A stretch of 64,000 nucleotides of DNA, taken from the NCBI GenBank assembly GCA_046052125.1, contig JBJOMY010000002.1:384001-448000 (forward strand). Reading direction: 5' to 3'. Of this stretch, positions 1 to 11,903 are shown in pieces (the first letter of the stretch is position 1; the number at the start of each line of letters is the position of its first letter). Below the pieces are notes generated by a model. The model ran no database searches, was not told the origin of the DNA, and saw only the letters and a program-made list of their open reading frames with translations. This stretch comes from Cyanobacteriota bacterium. Its GTDB lineage: Bacteria; Cyanobacteriota; Cyanobacteriia; PCC-6307; Cyanobiaceae. The position numbers and the translations under genes were made by a program.

Positions 1-885
1 GAATTCGCCGTACTCCCAGCCCAGGTTTTTGCGGGTGAGGGCAGCTTCATCAGCACCGAGGGCGGCACCGTGCACACCGGCGGTGTTGGCTTTGTTGGGG
101 GAGCCGTAGCCAATGGTGGTGGTCACCTTGATCATCGACGGACGATCGGTGACGGCCTTGGCCTCTTCAATCGCCTTGGCGATGCCAGCCAGATCGGTGT
201 TGCCATCCGCCACGTGGATGGTGTGCCAGCCGTAGGCCTCGTAGCGCTTCAGCACATCCTCGGTGAAGGAAACGTTGGTGTTTCCGTCGATGGTGATGTG
301 GTTGTCGTCGTAGAGGGCGATCAGCTTGCCCAGGCCCAGGTGGCCGGCGAGGGAGGCGGCTTCGCTGCTTACACCTTCCTGATGGCAGCCGTCGCCCATG
401 ATCACGTAGGTGTAGTGATCAACCACCTGGCAATCGGCCTTGTTGAACTTGGCCGCCAGGTGCGCTTCGGCCATGGCCAGACCCACGGCGTTGGCGATGC
501 CCTGACCCAGAGGACCGGTGGTCACTTCCACACCGGCGGTTTCAAAGGTCTCGGGGTGACCGGGGGTCTTGGAGCCCCACTGACGGAACTGCTTGATGTC
601 GTCGATGGTCACCGAGTCGTAGCCGGTGAGGTGCAGCAGCGCGTAAAGCAGCATGCAGCCGTGGCCAGCCGACAGCACAAAGCGGTCGCGGTTGAACCAC
701 TTGGGGTTCTTGGGGTTGTGCTTGAGGAACTTGTCCCAGAGGGTGTAGGCCATGGGCGCGCAACCCATCGGCAGCCCTGGGTGGCCCGAGTTGCTCTTAT
801 TGATCGCGTCGACCGCCAGGAAGCGGATGCTGTTGACGCAGAGGGAATCGACGGACTGGTTTCCAGCGACGGGTGCGGCGACCAT
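1..885 (-). CDS. tkt: Transketolase, N-terminal part (runs off the window start)
   Basis: Manual translation from the ATG at 885: [45 protein letters not shown]...[12 protein letters not shown], the classic transketolase N-terminus. Absent from the ORF track because it is partial. Confidence 0.96.
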   Translation of the reverse strand, partial: MVAAPVAGNQSVDSLCVNSIRFLAVDAINKSNSGHPGLPMGCAPMAYTLWDKFLKHNPKNPKWFNRDRFVLSAGHGCMLLYALLHLTGYDSVTIDDIKQFRQWGSKTPGHPETFETAGVEVTTGPLGQGIANAVGLAMAEAHLAAKFNKADCQVVDHYTYVIMGDGCHQEGVSSEAASLAGHLGLGKLIALYDDNHITIDGNTNVSFTEDVLKRYEAYGWHTIHVADGNTDLAGIAKAIEEAKAVTDRPSMIKVTTTIGYGSPNKANTAGVHGAALGADEAALTRKNLGWEYGEF

Positions 886-952
886 GGGGCTACGGGTAAG
901 GAGGAGGTGTGAGGGGCGGAGAAACCGTGGTTTCCGGCTCGGTGAACGGGGT

Positions 953-2200
953 TCAGTTCATCCGGCGGAACGCCAGGCAAACGTTGTGGCCGCCGAACCC
1001 GAAGGAGTTGGACAGCACCACATTCAGGTTGTGTTCCCGGGCTTGATTGGGAACGACATCCAGATCACAGGCCGGATCCGGATTTTGGTAGTTGATGGTA
1101 GGTGGCACGAGGTTGTGACCAATCGCCAGCACGGCCGCCACCGCTTCGATCCCACCGCTGCCGCCCAGGAGGTGGCCGGTCATCGACTTGGTGGAACTCA
1201 CCGGGATCTTCAGAGCACGCTCGCCGAGCGAGGCCTTGATCGCGGAGGTTTCGTTGAGGTCGTTGGCGGGGGTGCTGGTGCCGTGGGCATTCACGTAATC
1301 CACAGCCTCCGGCTCGAGGCGGGCATCGCGCAGGGCGAGGCGCATCGCTTCGGCGCCACCCACACCGCCGGGTGAGGGGGAGGTGATGTGGTGGGCATCG
1401 CAGGTCATGCCGTAGCCCACGATCTCAGCCAGGATCGTGGCGCCGCGGGCCTGGGCGTGCTCGAGGCTTTCGAGCACCAACACGCCGGCGCCTTCACCGA
1501 TCACGAAGCCGTCGCGCTCAGCGTCGAACGGACGGCTTGCCGTGGTGGGATCGTCGTTGCGGAAGGAGAGAGCCTTGGCGCTGGCGAAGCCGGCCACGCC
1601 CAGGGGCGTGATCGCGGATTCAGCGCCGCCGCACACCATCGCGTCGGCGTGGCCGAGCTGGATGAGGCGGAAGGCATCGCCGATGGCGTTGGAGCCGGCG
1701 GCGCAGGCGGTGGCGACCGCGGTGCTGGGTCCCTTGGCACCGATGGCGATTGCCGCCAGGCCGGTGGCCATGTTGGGGATCATCATCGGCACCGTGAAGG
1801 GGCTCACCCTCGAGGGGCCCTTGTCGGCCAGCACGTGTGCCTGGGTTTCCATCATCAGCAGACCGCCCACGCCGGAGCCGATGGCGGTGCCCACGCGGTG
1901 GGCGTTGCTGTCGTTGATCGTGAGTCCGGCGTCGGCCACCGCCTGCTTGGCGGCCACCACGCCGAACTGACAGAAGCGATCCCAGCGTTTCGCTTCTTTG
2001 GGCTCGATGTAGGCGGAGGGATCGAAATCCTTCACCTCAGCGGCAAAACGGCAGGCGTGAGCGGATGCGTCAAACAGGGTGATCGCTGCCACCCCGTTGC
2101 GTCCCGTGCTCAGACCTTGCCAATAGGAAGCAACGTCGTTGCCGATCGGTGTAACCGCGCCGAGGCCTGTAACGACGACGCGGCGGAGACCCTCCACCAT
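953..2200 (-). CDS. fabF: Beta-ketoacyl-ACP synthase II
   Basis: [15 protein letters not shown] (catalytic Cys), NAHGTST and [10 protein letters not shown] motifs; directly downstream of acpP. Confidence 0.97.
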   Translation of the reverse strand: MVEGLRRVVVTGLGAVTPIGNDVASYWQGLSTGRNGVAAITLFDASAHACRFAAEVKDFDPSAYIEPKEAKRWDRFCQFGVVAAKQAVADAGLTINDSNAHRVGTAIGSGVGGLLMMETQAHVLADKGPSRVSPFTVPMMIPNMATGLAAIAIGAKGPSTAVATACAAGSNAIGDAFRLIQLGHADAMVCGGAESAITPLGVAGFASAKALSFRNDDPTTASRPFDAERDGFVIGEGAGVLVLESLEHAQARGATILAEIVGYGMTCDAHHITSPSPGGVGGAEAMRLALRDARLEPEAVDYVNAHGTSTPANDLNETSAIKASLGERALKIPVSSTKSMTGHLLGGSGGIEAVAAVLAIGHNLVPPTINYQNPDPACDLDVVPNQAREHNLNVVLSNSFGFGGHNVCLAFRRMN

Positions 2201-2207
2201 CAGTTCC

Positions 2208-2450
2208 TCAGGCCTGCTTGTCCTGGATGTACTTCACGGCGTCACCCACGGTGGTGATGCCTTCAGCGGCCTCGTCGGGGATCTCGATATCGAAGGCTTC
2301 TTCCAGAGCCATCACCAGTTCAACGGTGTCGAGCGAGTCAGCACCCAGATCGTTCTGGAAGTTGGATTCCGGCTTCACCTCGCCGGCGTCAACGCTCAGT
2401 TGCTCGACAACGATCGAGCGGACTTTCTCGAAGATCGCTTCCTGGGACAT
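2208..2450 (-). CDS. acpP: Acyl carrier protein
   Basis: 80 aa acidic protein with the [14 protein letters not shown] phosphopantetheine site. Confidence 0.98.
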   Translation of the reverse strand: MSQEAIFEKVRSIVVEQLSVDAGEVKPESNFQNDLGADSLDTVELVMALEEAFDIEIPDEAAEGITTVGDAVKYIQDKQA

Positions 2451-2510
2451 GGCCGGTGTGGCGGACGCCGCATCCTACGGGGCGGCCTGGAATGGGCTTG
2501 CTGTTGATGA

Positions 2511-2825
<315 letters not shown>

Positions 2826-2851
2826 GCCTTCCGGCTTCTTCCCATAAGCTC

Positions 2852-2876
2852 AAGCCCGGCCCCGCCGGGCTTTTTT
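2852..2876 (+). terminator. Rho-independent terminator after psaC
   Basis: AAGCCCGGC-CCC-GCCGGGCTT stem-loop followed by a T run. Confidence 0.85.
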
Positions 2877-2891
2877 GTTGTTGGCAGCGCT

Positions 2892-4794
<1,903 letters not shown>

Positions 4795-4808
<14 letters not shown>

Positions 4809-6279
4809 GGTTCGGTGCCAGGTCGCTGCGGCCGTATTGGTCTTCAAAGCGGCGGATGTCGTCTTCCCCTAGGTAGGGGCCGCTTTGAACTTCGATCATT
4901 TCCACCGGGATGCGGCCGGGGTTGGAGAGGCGGTGTTTGCAGCCCAGAGGGATGTAGGTGCTCTGGTTTTCGCCGAGCAGCTCTTCCACGCCGTCCTTTT
5001 CCACGAGGGCCGTTCCTTGCACCACGATCCAGTGCTCAGCGCGGTGGTGGTGCATCTGTAGCGACAGGCTGGCGCCGGGGTTCACCACAATCTTTTTCAC
5101 CTGCCAGCGATCGCCTTCGGTGATGCCGTCATAGCTGCCCCATGGGCGGTAGATGCGCCGGTGCGCCTTGCTTTCTCGGGCGCCTTCGCGCTCCAGTAAG
5201 CCCACGATCGTTTTCACGTCCTGGGCCCGGTCGCGGTGGGCGACGAGCACCACGTCGTCTGTTTCCACCACCACCAGGTTGTCCACCCCCAGCCCCACCA
5301 CCAGGCGGTGTTCGCTGCGCAGGTAGCAGTTGCTGCTGGCTTCGCTGATCACCCGGCCCCGGAGCACATTGCCTGAAGCGTCCTGCTCGGCGGTTTCCCA
5401 GAGGGCGCTCCAGCTGCCCACATCGCTCCAGCCGGCGTTGAGTGGCAGCACGGCACCGCGGTCGGTGCGCTCCATCACGGCCACATCGATGGCCACGTTG
5501 GGGCAAGCGGCAAAGGCTTCGCGTTCGAGGCGCAGGAAATCGAGGTCTTCACTGTCGTGCTCGAGGGCGGAGCGGCAGGCGCTCACCACCTCCGGGGCCA
5601 GGCGCTCCAGCTCCGCCAGGATCGCGCTGGCCTTGAACAGGAACATGCCGCTGTTCCAGGTGAAGCGCCCGCTTGCCAGGAACTGCTCAGCGGTGGCGCG
5701 GTCCGGCTTCTCCACAAAGCGCGCGATCCGCACGGGCTGCAGAGGCTTTTGATCGCTGTCATCACCCGCGTTGGCGGTGTCGAGTGCTTCCGCCGCCTCG
5801 ATGTAGCCGTAGCCCGTTTCCGGGGCCGTGGGCACGATCCCGAACGTCACCAGTTGGCCGGCTTCCGCGGCGGCCATGCCGGCTTCCACCGCCCTGCGGA
5901 AACCGGCGGCGTTCTGAATGACGTGGTCGGCGGCTAGCACGAGCAGCAACGGGTCATCGCCGTGCGCTGTGGCCTGCAGGGCTGCCACGGCCACGGCGGG
6001 TGCTGTGTTGCGGCCCAGCGGCTCCAGCAGGATCGCAGCCGGCTCCACCCCGATCTGGCGCATCTGCTCGGCCACGATGAAGCGGTGGTCTTCGTTGCAG
6101 ATCAGCAGGGGTGGCTGCAGAGCGGCGATGCCCTCCAGCCGCTGGTGTGTCTGCTGCAGCAGGGTTTCCTCGCCATCACCCGCCAGCGCCCAGTACTGCT
6201 TGGGGTAAGTGGCGCGTGAAAGGGGCCAGAGGCGCGTGCCGGTGCCGCCGCAGAGGATCACGGGAACGAGGGCGGTCAT
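4795..6279 (-). CDS. manC: Mannose-1-phosphate guanylyltransferase / mannose-6-phosphate isomerase
   Basis: PVILCGGTGTRLWPLSR, FVEKP, WSDVGSW and a C-terminal cupin (RPWG...SLQMHHHRAEHW). Confidence 0.95.
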
Positions 6280-6446
6280 GGCTGGGCGCAGAAGCGATGA
6301 AGCGTCTGGCTATTCCAACCCAGTGCAGGGCCGCTGCATAGATGGCCGTTGCCACCTGGCGATTCTGTGCGGTCTGTACGGATTCGGATCAGGCGTGGAC
6401 AGGCTTGGGTTCTCCGAGTGACCTCATTGGTCGTCGGCCGCATCCG

Positions 6447-7043
6447 TCAATCGCTCCCATTGGCCTCAGCTTCCTTCCCCGCGCCCAGTTCCAGCAGTCC
6501 CGGTGGCGGCGTGATCCCGATCCATCCTTCCGCCAGCTCCACCCGCGGCACGATCGCCTCCACGAAGGGAATCCAGAGGGGAGCGACGCCACTCTCCAGC
6601 TCCACCTCAAGTAGGTCGTTGCCGGCGTGGATCAGGTCTTTCACCCTGCCGATGGAGTGGCCGGGGGTTTGATTGGCGCCCGAGCCTTCCAGAACCCGCA
6701 CCTCCAGGCCTACTAGGTCGAGCAGGTGGAACTCGCCCTTGGCGAGCTTGGGGCGATCGGCAGCGGGCACCAGTAGCTCCTGGCCCACCAGCGCCTCGGC
6801 GCTGTCTCGGTCGTTTACGCCCTCAAGGCGGATCACGAACAGCTCCTTGCCCGGCAGTTGGCGGCCGCTGAGCAGGGTCACCTCGCGGGCGGCGCTGTGG
6901 CGCGCCTGTAGCCAGCGCGTGCCGGGACGGGTGAAGCGCTCCGGGAAATCGCTGAGGGGATTCACCCGCAGCTCACCGCGCAGACCCTGGGCTGACACCA
7001 CCCGGCCCACCACCAGCAGCTCCTGGTTTTGCTCCTGCGCCAT
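6447..7043 (-). CDS. rimM: Ribosome maturation factor RimM
   Basis: [18 protein letters not shown]...DLVGLEV...GNDLLEV...IPFV; start estimated at ATG 7043 (7061 is an alternative). Confidence 0.93.
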   Translation of the reverse strand: MAQEQNQELLVVGRVVSAQGLRGELRVNPLSDFPERFTRPGTRWLQARHSAAREVTLLSGRQLPGKELFVIRLEGVNDRDSAEALVGQELLVPAADRPKLAKGEFHLLDLVGLEVRVLEGSGANQTPGHSIGRVKDLIHAGNDLLEVELESGVAPLWIPFVEAIVPRVELAEGWIGITPPPGLLELGAGKEAEANGSD

Positions 7044-7097
7044 CAACCCACGCTGCGCCATCAGCCTCGATAATGGCTCCGCACCCGTGCCGCACCC

Positions 7098-7280
7098 ATG
7101 GCTGAAACCCTGCCGATCCTGCCGGGCTCCACCGTGGTGGTGCGCGACGTCACCTCTATCTACAACGGCTATCAGGGCTTCGTGCAGCGCATCAGTGGCC
7201 GCAGCGCCGCCGTGCTCTTCGAAGGCGGCAACTGGGACAAGCTGGTGACGATGCCGCTCAAGATCCTCGAGCAGGCCTGA
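7098..7280 (+). CDS. ndhS: NDH-1 subunit NdhS
   Basis: ILPGSTVVV...YQGFVQRI...[15 protein letters not shown] matches the NdhS/CRR31 pattern. Confidence 0.92.
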   Translation: MAETLPILPGSTVVVRDVTSIYNGYQGFVQRISGRSAAVLFEGGNWDKLVTMPLKILEQA

Positions 7281-8022
7281 GCTGCTCAGCTTGGTTGAGC
7301 TGATCAAGGGCGGCCCTGGCGGCCTGTTGCTCTGCTTCCCGCCTGGATCCTCCTCTGCCTTCGGCTGACACCCAGCCCTCCAGGCTCACCTTGCAGTGGA
7401 AGCGCTCAGGGTCAGCGTGGCGCTTGCTGCGTTCTTCGGTGCTGTAGCTCGGTAACCCCAGCCCCTTGGCCTGGCTCCACTCCTGCAGGGCGGACTTGCT
7501 GTTGCCTCGATGGGGATCCTTGAGCACGTTCAGGCTGGTGCGCTCCCAGATGGGTGTGAGCCAGCGGTGAATCGGTTCGAGCGAGTCGCCGGCTTTGTAG
7601 AGCGCGCCGATCAGCGCTTCTGTGGCTTCCGCCCGGAGGGTGGCAGCTGCGGTGGCATCGCCGCCGGCCTTGCTGCCGATGCGCAGGACATCGCTGATCC
7701 CGATCGCTTCGCCTACCTCCGCTAGCCAGCGATCACTCACCAGATGGGAGCGCAGCGCTGAGCGCTCACCCACCGCCAGGCCGGCGTGGTGGATTTCGAT
7801 GTATTCGCTGGCCGCCAGACGCAGCACCGCATCGCCGAGAAACTCCAGTTGCTCGTGATTGCGCGGGAGGCCCGCTGAAGTGTGGGTGAGCGCTTCATCC
7901 ACCAGCGCGAGCCCTGATGTATCAATCGCATTGGATTGAACATCGATGCGGCTCAGGAACTGCCGCAGTTGCTCAGCGCGTTGAGGTGATAAGGCCGGGT
8001 GCATGGCTGTGGAGGGCTTCAC
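7258..8022 (-). CDS. rnc: Ribonuclease III
   Basis: ALTHTS...[11 protein letters not shown] signature, EALIGA and a C-terminal dsRBD (KSALQEW...AEQQAA). The start may be 8004. Confidence 0.93.
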   Translation of the reverse strand: MKPSTAMHPALSPQRAEQLRQFLSRIDVQSNAIDTSGLALVDEALTHTSAGLPRNHEQLEFLGDAVLRLAASEYIEIHHAGLAVGERSALRSHLVSDRWLAEVGEAIGISDVLRIGSKAGGDATAAATLRAEATEALIGALYKAGDSLEPIHRWLTPIWERTSLNVLKDPHRGNSKSALQEWSQAKGLGLPSYSTEERSKRHADPERFHCKVSLEGWVSAEGRGGSRREAEQQAARAALDQLNQAEQLRPARGS

Positions 8023-8029
8023 CGCAGGC

Positions 8030-9454
8030 TCAGCTCCTGGAGCAGATCAGGATCGAGGCGTTCACCGGGCGGCAGGGCATCTGCGCGGCTTCCGCTTCGC
8101 GGCGCACGCGCGCCACTTGGGGGCCCAGCTTGGAGCGGTCGACGCGCTTGAGCTTGCCGGCGATGTTGATCGGAATATCGGGCGCTGGCAGCACGATCCA
8201 GTCGTACTGATCCACCGCGCCGTAGCCCGGCTTCTCGATCTGCTTCACCATCTGCCGGCCCGCCATGTGGGCGGCGTAGTTGGCAATGGTGAGCACGGAA
8301 TCGTTGGCTTGGATGATTTGCTTGGCCTCCTGGAAATCCTGCGCCTCCTGCAGGCGAGGCAGCAGCCGGGAGTTGTAGTAGCCCAGGCGGCCGTACCCCA
8401 GCAAGGCCGCTGTGGCCAGCAGCAGCGTGGCGTAGAGCATGGTTTTGGCCCGCTGCAGCGATGGGGGATTGGCTTGAGCCAGGGCATCGATGCAGCCTCC
8501 GATCAGAAAGGCAACGATTCCGATCGAATAGTGGTGATTCAGCTCCCGCTGAATGCTCGACGCAGAAATGATGTTGGTGAGGTAGATGGGTGTGCAGCCC
8601 AAGAGCGCCCGCCACGACGCCTTGCCCAGCAGTGCCAGAAACGGCAGGGACAATCCCAGGGTGTAGAGCAGGATTGAATCCGGCGGTGCCTCGCTGAACA
8701 CCACCCAGGGCCTGGTGATCAAGGTGGTGAGCATCGCCAGCTTCGTGTCGCCCAGGTAGCCCAGGCGGATGCCCACGTGATCACCCCCAGCGGACGACAT
8801 CTGGGTGGCGAGAGTCCACCAGGCCACGGAGATCGCCAGGGTGATGGCCGCACGGGCTCGCTGCCCCTTGGCCAAGGCGTAGAAACTCAGGCCGATGCCG
8901 AAGAGGGCCTGGGCGTTCTTGGCGAACAGGGTGAGCAGCAGGCAGGGGTAGTAGAGCCAGCCCCTCGGTTGCTCGGCCTCCCGGATTGCCACCAGCATCA
9001 GCGGCAGGGTGAGCACATCCGGGTGGAAATCCCCGCGGTTCACCAGGAAGCTGTAGGGGGAGAGCACGATCGCGATGGCCAGCGCCCAGGTGAGCTCACG
9101 GCTCACGCCTTTGCGCAGGCAGAGATCGGCGGCCAGGGCCGGCATGCAGCCCAGAGCCAGCGACTGGAGCGCTAACAGCGTGTAGGCGTTGGGTGCAAGC
9201 TTGTAAACCAGCGCAATCGGCAACAGCAGCAGGGAGAAGTGGTCCTGCAGGGGCGTGATGTTGCGCAGGCTGCTGATCATGTTGATCTTGCCGTTGGCGA
9301 TCAGCCAGTTGAACTGCTCGAAGATGCCCAGGTCCCACACCTGGGACCCCATCAAATAGTGCTGAACCGCCGTGGAGCTGAACAGCACGGCGCTGTACAG
9401 CACCGCGAGGATTACAAACGGTCGCCTGGAGGGGTGGATCAGGGAGAGCAACAC
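8030..9454 (-). CDS. Polytopic membrane protein, DUF2079-like (putative GT-C glycosyltransferase)
   Basis: WDLGIFEQ, DHFS, DFHP and HHYS motifs with many hydrophobic helices. Confidence 0.7.
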   Translation of the reverse strand: MLLSLIHPSRRPFVILAVLYSAVLFSSTAVQHYLMGSQVWDLGIFEQFNWLIANGKINMISSLRNITPLQDHFSLLLLPIALVYKLAPNAYTLLALQSLALGCMPALAADLCLRKGVSRELTWALAIAIVLSPYSFLVNRGDFHPDVLTLPLMLVAIREAEQPRGWLYYPCLLLTLFAKNAQALFGIGLSFYALAKGQRARAAITLAISVAWWTLATQMSSAGGDHVGIRLGYLGDTKLAMLTTLITRPWVVFSEAPPDSILLYTLGLSLPFLALLGKASWRALLGCTPIYLTNIISASSIQRELNHHYSIGIVAFLIGGCIDALAQANPPSLQRAKTMLYATLLLATAALLGYGRLGYYNSRLLPRLQEAQDFQEAKQIIQANDSVLTIANYAAHMAGRQMVKQIEKPGYGAVDQYDWIVLPAPDIPINIAGKLKRVDRSKLGPQVARVRREAEAAQMPCRPVNASILICSRS

Positions 9455-9488
9455 CGCTGCTGGTTCGCGTGGACAAGAAAAAAGGGGT

Positions 9489-9885
9489 GAAAGCAGGACG
9501 TAAGCCGGGTTCTGTTCCCTGCCAGGGGCAGGGGGCGATCATCTGTCTGGGACCACCGTTACCGGTGGCCTCGAGCGGCGCGATTGAACGGGACGGGTGT
9601 CATGGCCAACCGTTGTCCCTGGGCCTTGCTCCCAGCCGGGGTTTACCGAGCCAGCACCTCTCGATGCTGCTGGTGCGCTCTTACCGCACCTTTGCACCCT
9701 TACCTGTGCACGGGCTGCGCCCGGCCATCGGCGGTGTGTTTCTGTGGCACTCTCCTCACGGTCACCCGCACTGGGCGTTACCCAGCAAGCCTGGCCATTG
9801 GGGAGCCCGGACTTTCCTCAACCGGTCCGTTCCACCAGCCCGAGGGCCTGGGCGTTGCCCGGTCGCGATCACCTCGCCTGCTTTC
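9489..9885 (-). ncRNA. rnpB: RNase P RNA (class A)
   Basis: The minus strand has GAGGAAAGTCCGGGCT, AGTGCCACAGAAA, GGTGCAAAGGTGCGGTAAGAGCGCACC and ACAGAACCCGGCTTA; the terminal P1 helix is GAAAGCAGG/CCTGCTTTC. Confidence 0.97.
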
Positions 9886-9920
9886 GGCATCCATAATGCC
9901 GATGCGGCCTGTCCGCATCA

Positions 9921-9994
<74 letters not shown>

Positions 9995-10088
9995 TGATCT
10001 GGATGTTGAACTCGGTATCCAGCACTACGGGTAGCGGGATGGCGAATCAGATCACTGCCGCTAGCGTGTCCGCAGTCGCCACGAGCCC

Positions 10089-10406
10089 ATGGCACAGCTG
10101 CATGATCTCCGGCTGAGGCTGTTGGTGCAACAGGAGAGCGAGCAGATCGTTGAGAACCTGCCCGATGGTCTCGATCTCTCGGTGATTCAGGCCCGCTGTT
10201 TGTGCTGGCTGGCGCTTCTGGCCGAGGCGCACGAAGACAGTGCCAATGAAGCTGTCGCCGATGGCGATACCGATCAGGCCATGGCCTGGTTCGCCGATTC
10301 GATGCGCCTGCGGGATGTGATTCAGGTGGTGAGTTCGATCGAGATCCCCATGCCTGGTGCCAGCGACGATCCCGACGACAGATCTGACGGCCTCGAAGCT
10401 GCGTGA
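10089..10406 (+). CDS. Hypothetical protein (acidic, helical)
   Basis: 105 aa ORF with protein-like composition filling the gap after the tRNA. Confidence 0.75.
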   Translation: MAQLHDLRLRLLVQQESEQIVENLPDGLDLSVIQARCLCWLALLAEAHEDSANEAVADGDTDQAMAWFADSMRLRDVIQVVSSIEIPMPGASDDPDDRSDGLEAA

Positions 10407-10441
10407 TGCCATGATGTGCTCTGAAACGCCAAGGGACTGCG

Positions 10442-10894
10442 GTGCCGGAAGAGCCCTGCCAATGCCCTGACTGCCAGCGCTTCTACCGGGAGCACGACCG
10501 TCTGATCCGGGAGAACCCCACCCTGCGTCAACAGCAGGAGCTGAGCTGGGCTGCGCTGCAGTCGTTCCGCACCCTGGCTGGCCGCGCCCTCGAAGAGCTC
10601 CAGAAAACCCACGGTGATGGCGAGCCCAGTCTGGCGGCCGCTGCCTCAGCTCCGGCTCCAGCTGAAACGCCCGAAGCTGAAGCGATGCAGCAGGCGATTG
10701 CTGATCTGGAGAACATCAACGCCCATCTGTTCTCAATTGAGGCCTTGATGGAGCGCATCTTTGATGTGCGGGTGCCCGAGCCCGTTGAGCAGAAATTCCG
10801 TGAGCTGGCCGGCGAGCTCGCCCCTGATCCCCTCAATGCCGACCGGTTGCGTCTGAACCGGCTTCTCCACCAAACCCCTGATCTGCCCGGCTGA
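10442..10894 (+). CDS. Hypothetical protein with N-terminal CxCxxC motif
   Basis: MPEEPCQCPDCQRFYREHDRLIRE..., followed by coiled-coil-like segments. Confidence 0.75.
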   Translation: MPEEPCQCPDCQRFYREHDRLIRENPTLRQQQELSWAALQSFRTLAGRALEELQKTHGDGEPSLAAAASAPAPAETPEAEAMQQAIADLENINAHLFSIEALMERIFDVRVPEPVEQKFRELAGELAPDPLNADRLRLNRLLHQTPDLPG

Positions 10895-11897
10895 TCAGCC
10901 GCGCGATCATCCCCTCCTCATCCGCGTCCACCTGCTGCCACCGCACAGGTCCAAGCCAGGCCATGCCTCGCTGAAGCTCGCTGAGCAGCTCGGGATCGTT
11001 GGCACCAATGCCGCCGCTGAGCGCGATCTGATCTATGCCCCCCAGGCTGGCCGCCATTGCCGCAATCTCCTGCCGCAGCCGGTGCAGGAACACCGCCAGC
11101 GCTAGCCGTGCACCCGAGTGGCCGCTGGTGGATGCGGCTCGCAACTCTTGCCAATCGCTGCTCAGCTCCGAGAGTCCAAGCAGGCCGCTGCGCCGGTTCA
11201 GCCCCTGATCGAGTTCGTCGAGGCTGAGGCCCATCCGTTGCAAGTGCAGCAGCAGCCCTGGATCCACGCTGCCGCTGCGGCTGGCCATCACCAGGCCCTC
11301 CAGGGGCGTGAAGCCCATGGTGGTGTCGATGCTGCGCCCATCGCGGATCGCCGCCAGGGAGCAGCCGGCCCCCAGGTGGGCACTGATCAAGCGCGTGCAG
11401 GGCACGGCTTCGGCTACGTGTTGGTGGTTGAGGCCGTGAAAGCCGTAGCGGCGATACCCCTCCGCCCGCCACTCCGCCGGTAAGGCGTAGGTGCTCGCTT
11501 CAACCGGCAGGGTGGCGTGAAAGGCCGTGTCGAAGCAGGCCCACTGGGGCAGGTGCGGTTGTTGGCGGCTCAGCCAGGCGATCGCCTGCAGTGCCGCGGG
11601 GTTGTGCAGCGGTGCGAGAGCTGAGACTGTCTCCAGCTCCTGCAGCACCTCTGGGTTGAGAGGGGTGGGCGCTGTGAAGCGTTCACCACCATGCACCACT
11701 CGATGGCCGGCGGCCTTCAGCCGGGGCCACCAGGGCTCAAGCTGTGGCTTCAACCACTGGCTGAGCTGCTGCTCAAGCGGGCCCTCGCGACGGCTGCCGC
11801 TCTGCCAGAGCCGTTCAGCTTTGTGGGCTGTGGCCTCGAGCACAGCGGCCTTGAGGCTGGAGCTGCCCACATTCAGCACCAGCACCAGGGCCGCCAC
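10833..11897 (-). CDS. ackA: Acetate/propionate kinase (compact, 354 aa)
   Basis: VLVLNVGSSSLK, GHRVVHGG, LAPLHNP, FDTAFH, RYGFHG, HLGAGCS and DTTMGFTPLEGL motifs. Confidence 0.93.
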   Translation of the reverse strand: MAALVLVLNVGSSSLKAAVLEATAHKAERLWQSGSRREGPLEQQLSQWLKPQLEPWWPRLKAAGHRVVHGGERFTAPTPLNPEVLQELETVSALAPLHNPAALQAIAWLSRQQPHLPQWACFDTAFHATLPVEASTYALPAEWRAEGYRRYGFHGLNHQHVAEAVPCTRLISAHLGAGCSLAAIRDGRSIDTTMGFTPLEGLVMASRSGSVDPGLLLHLQRMGLSLDELDQGLNRRSGLLGLSELSSDWQELRAASTSGHSGARLALAVFLHRLRQEIAAMAASLGGIDQIALSGGIGANDPELLSELQRGMAWLGPVRWQQVDADEEGMIARLISRADQGFGGEAGSDATGRH

Positions 11898-11903
11898 GCT
11901 GGA

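Noticed and set aside
70..912. Long plus-strand ORF (280 aa) and many similar long antisense ORFs (e.g. 12777-14510, 17225-18283, 37627-38655)
   Set aside because: Shadow frames of real genes on the opposite strand, expected in high-GC DNA; no recognisable motifs.
953..2450. fabF-acpP as the scaffold synthase for the oxygenase cassette
   Set aside because: These are the housekeeping fatty-acid synthesis genes in their usual tkt-fabF-acpP-psaC context, about 18 kb away.
7258..8022. RNase III signature variant ([14 protein letters not shown])
   Set aside because: The key acidic residues appear retained; there is no good evidence of inactivation.
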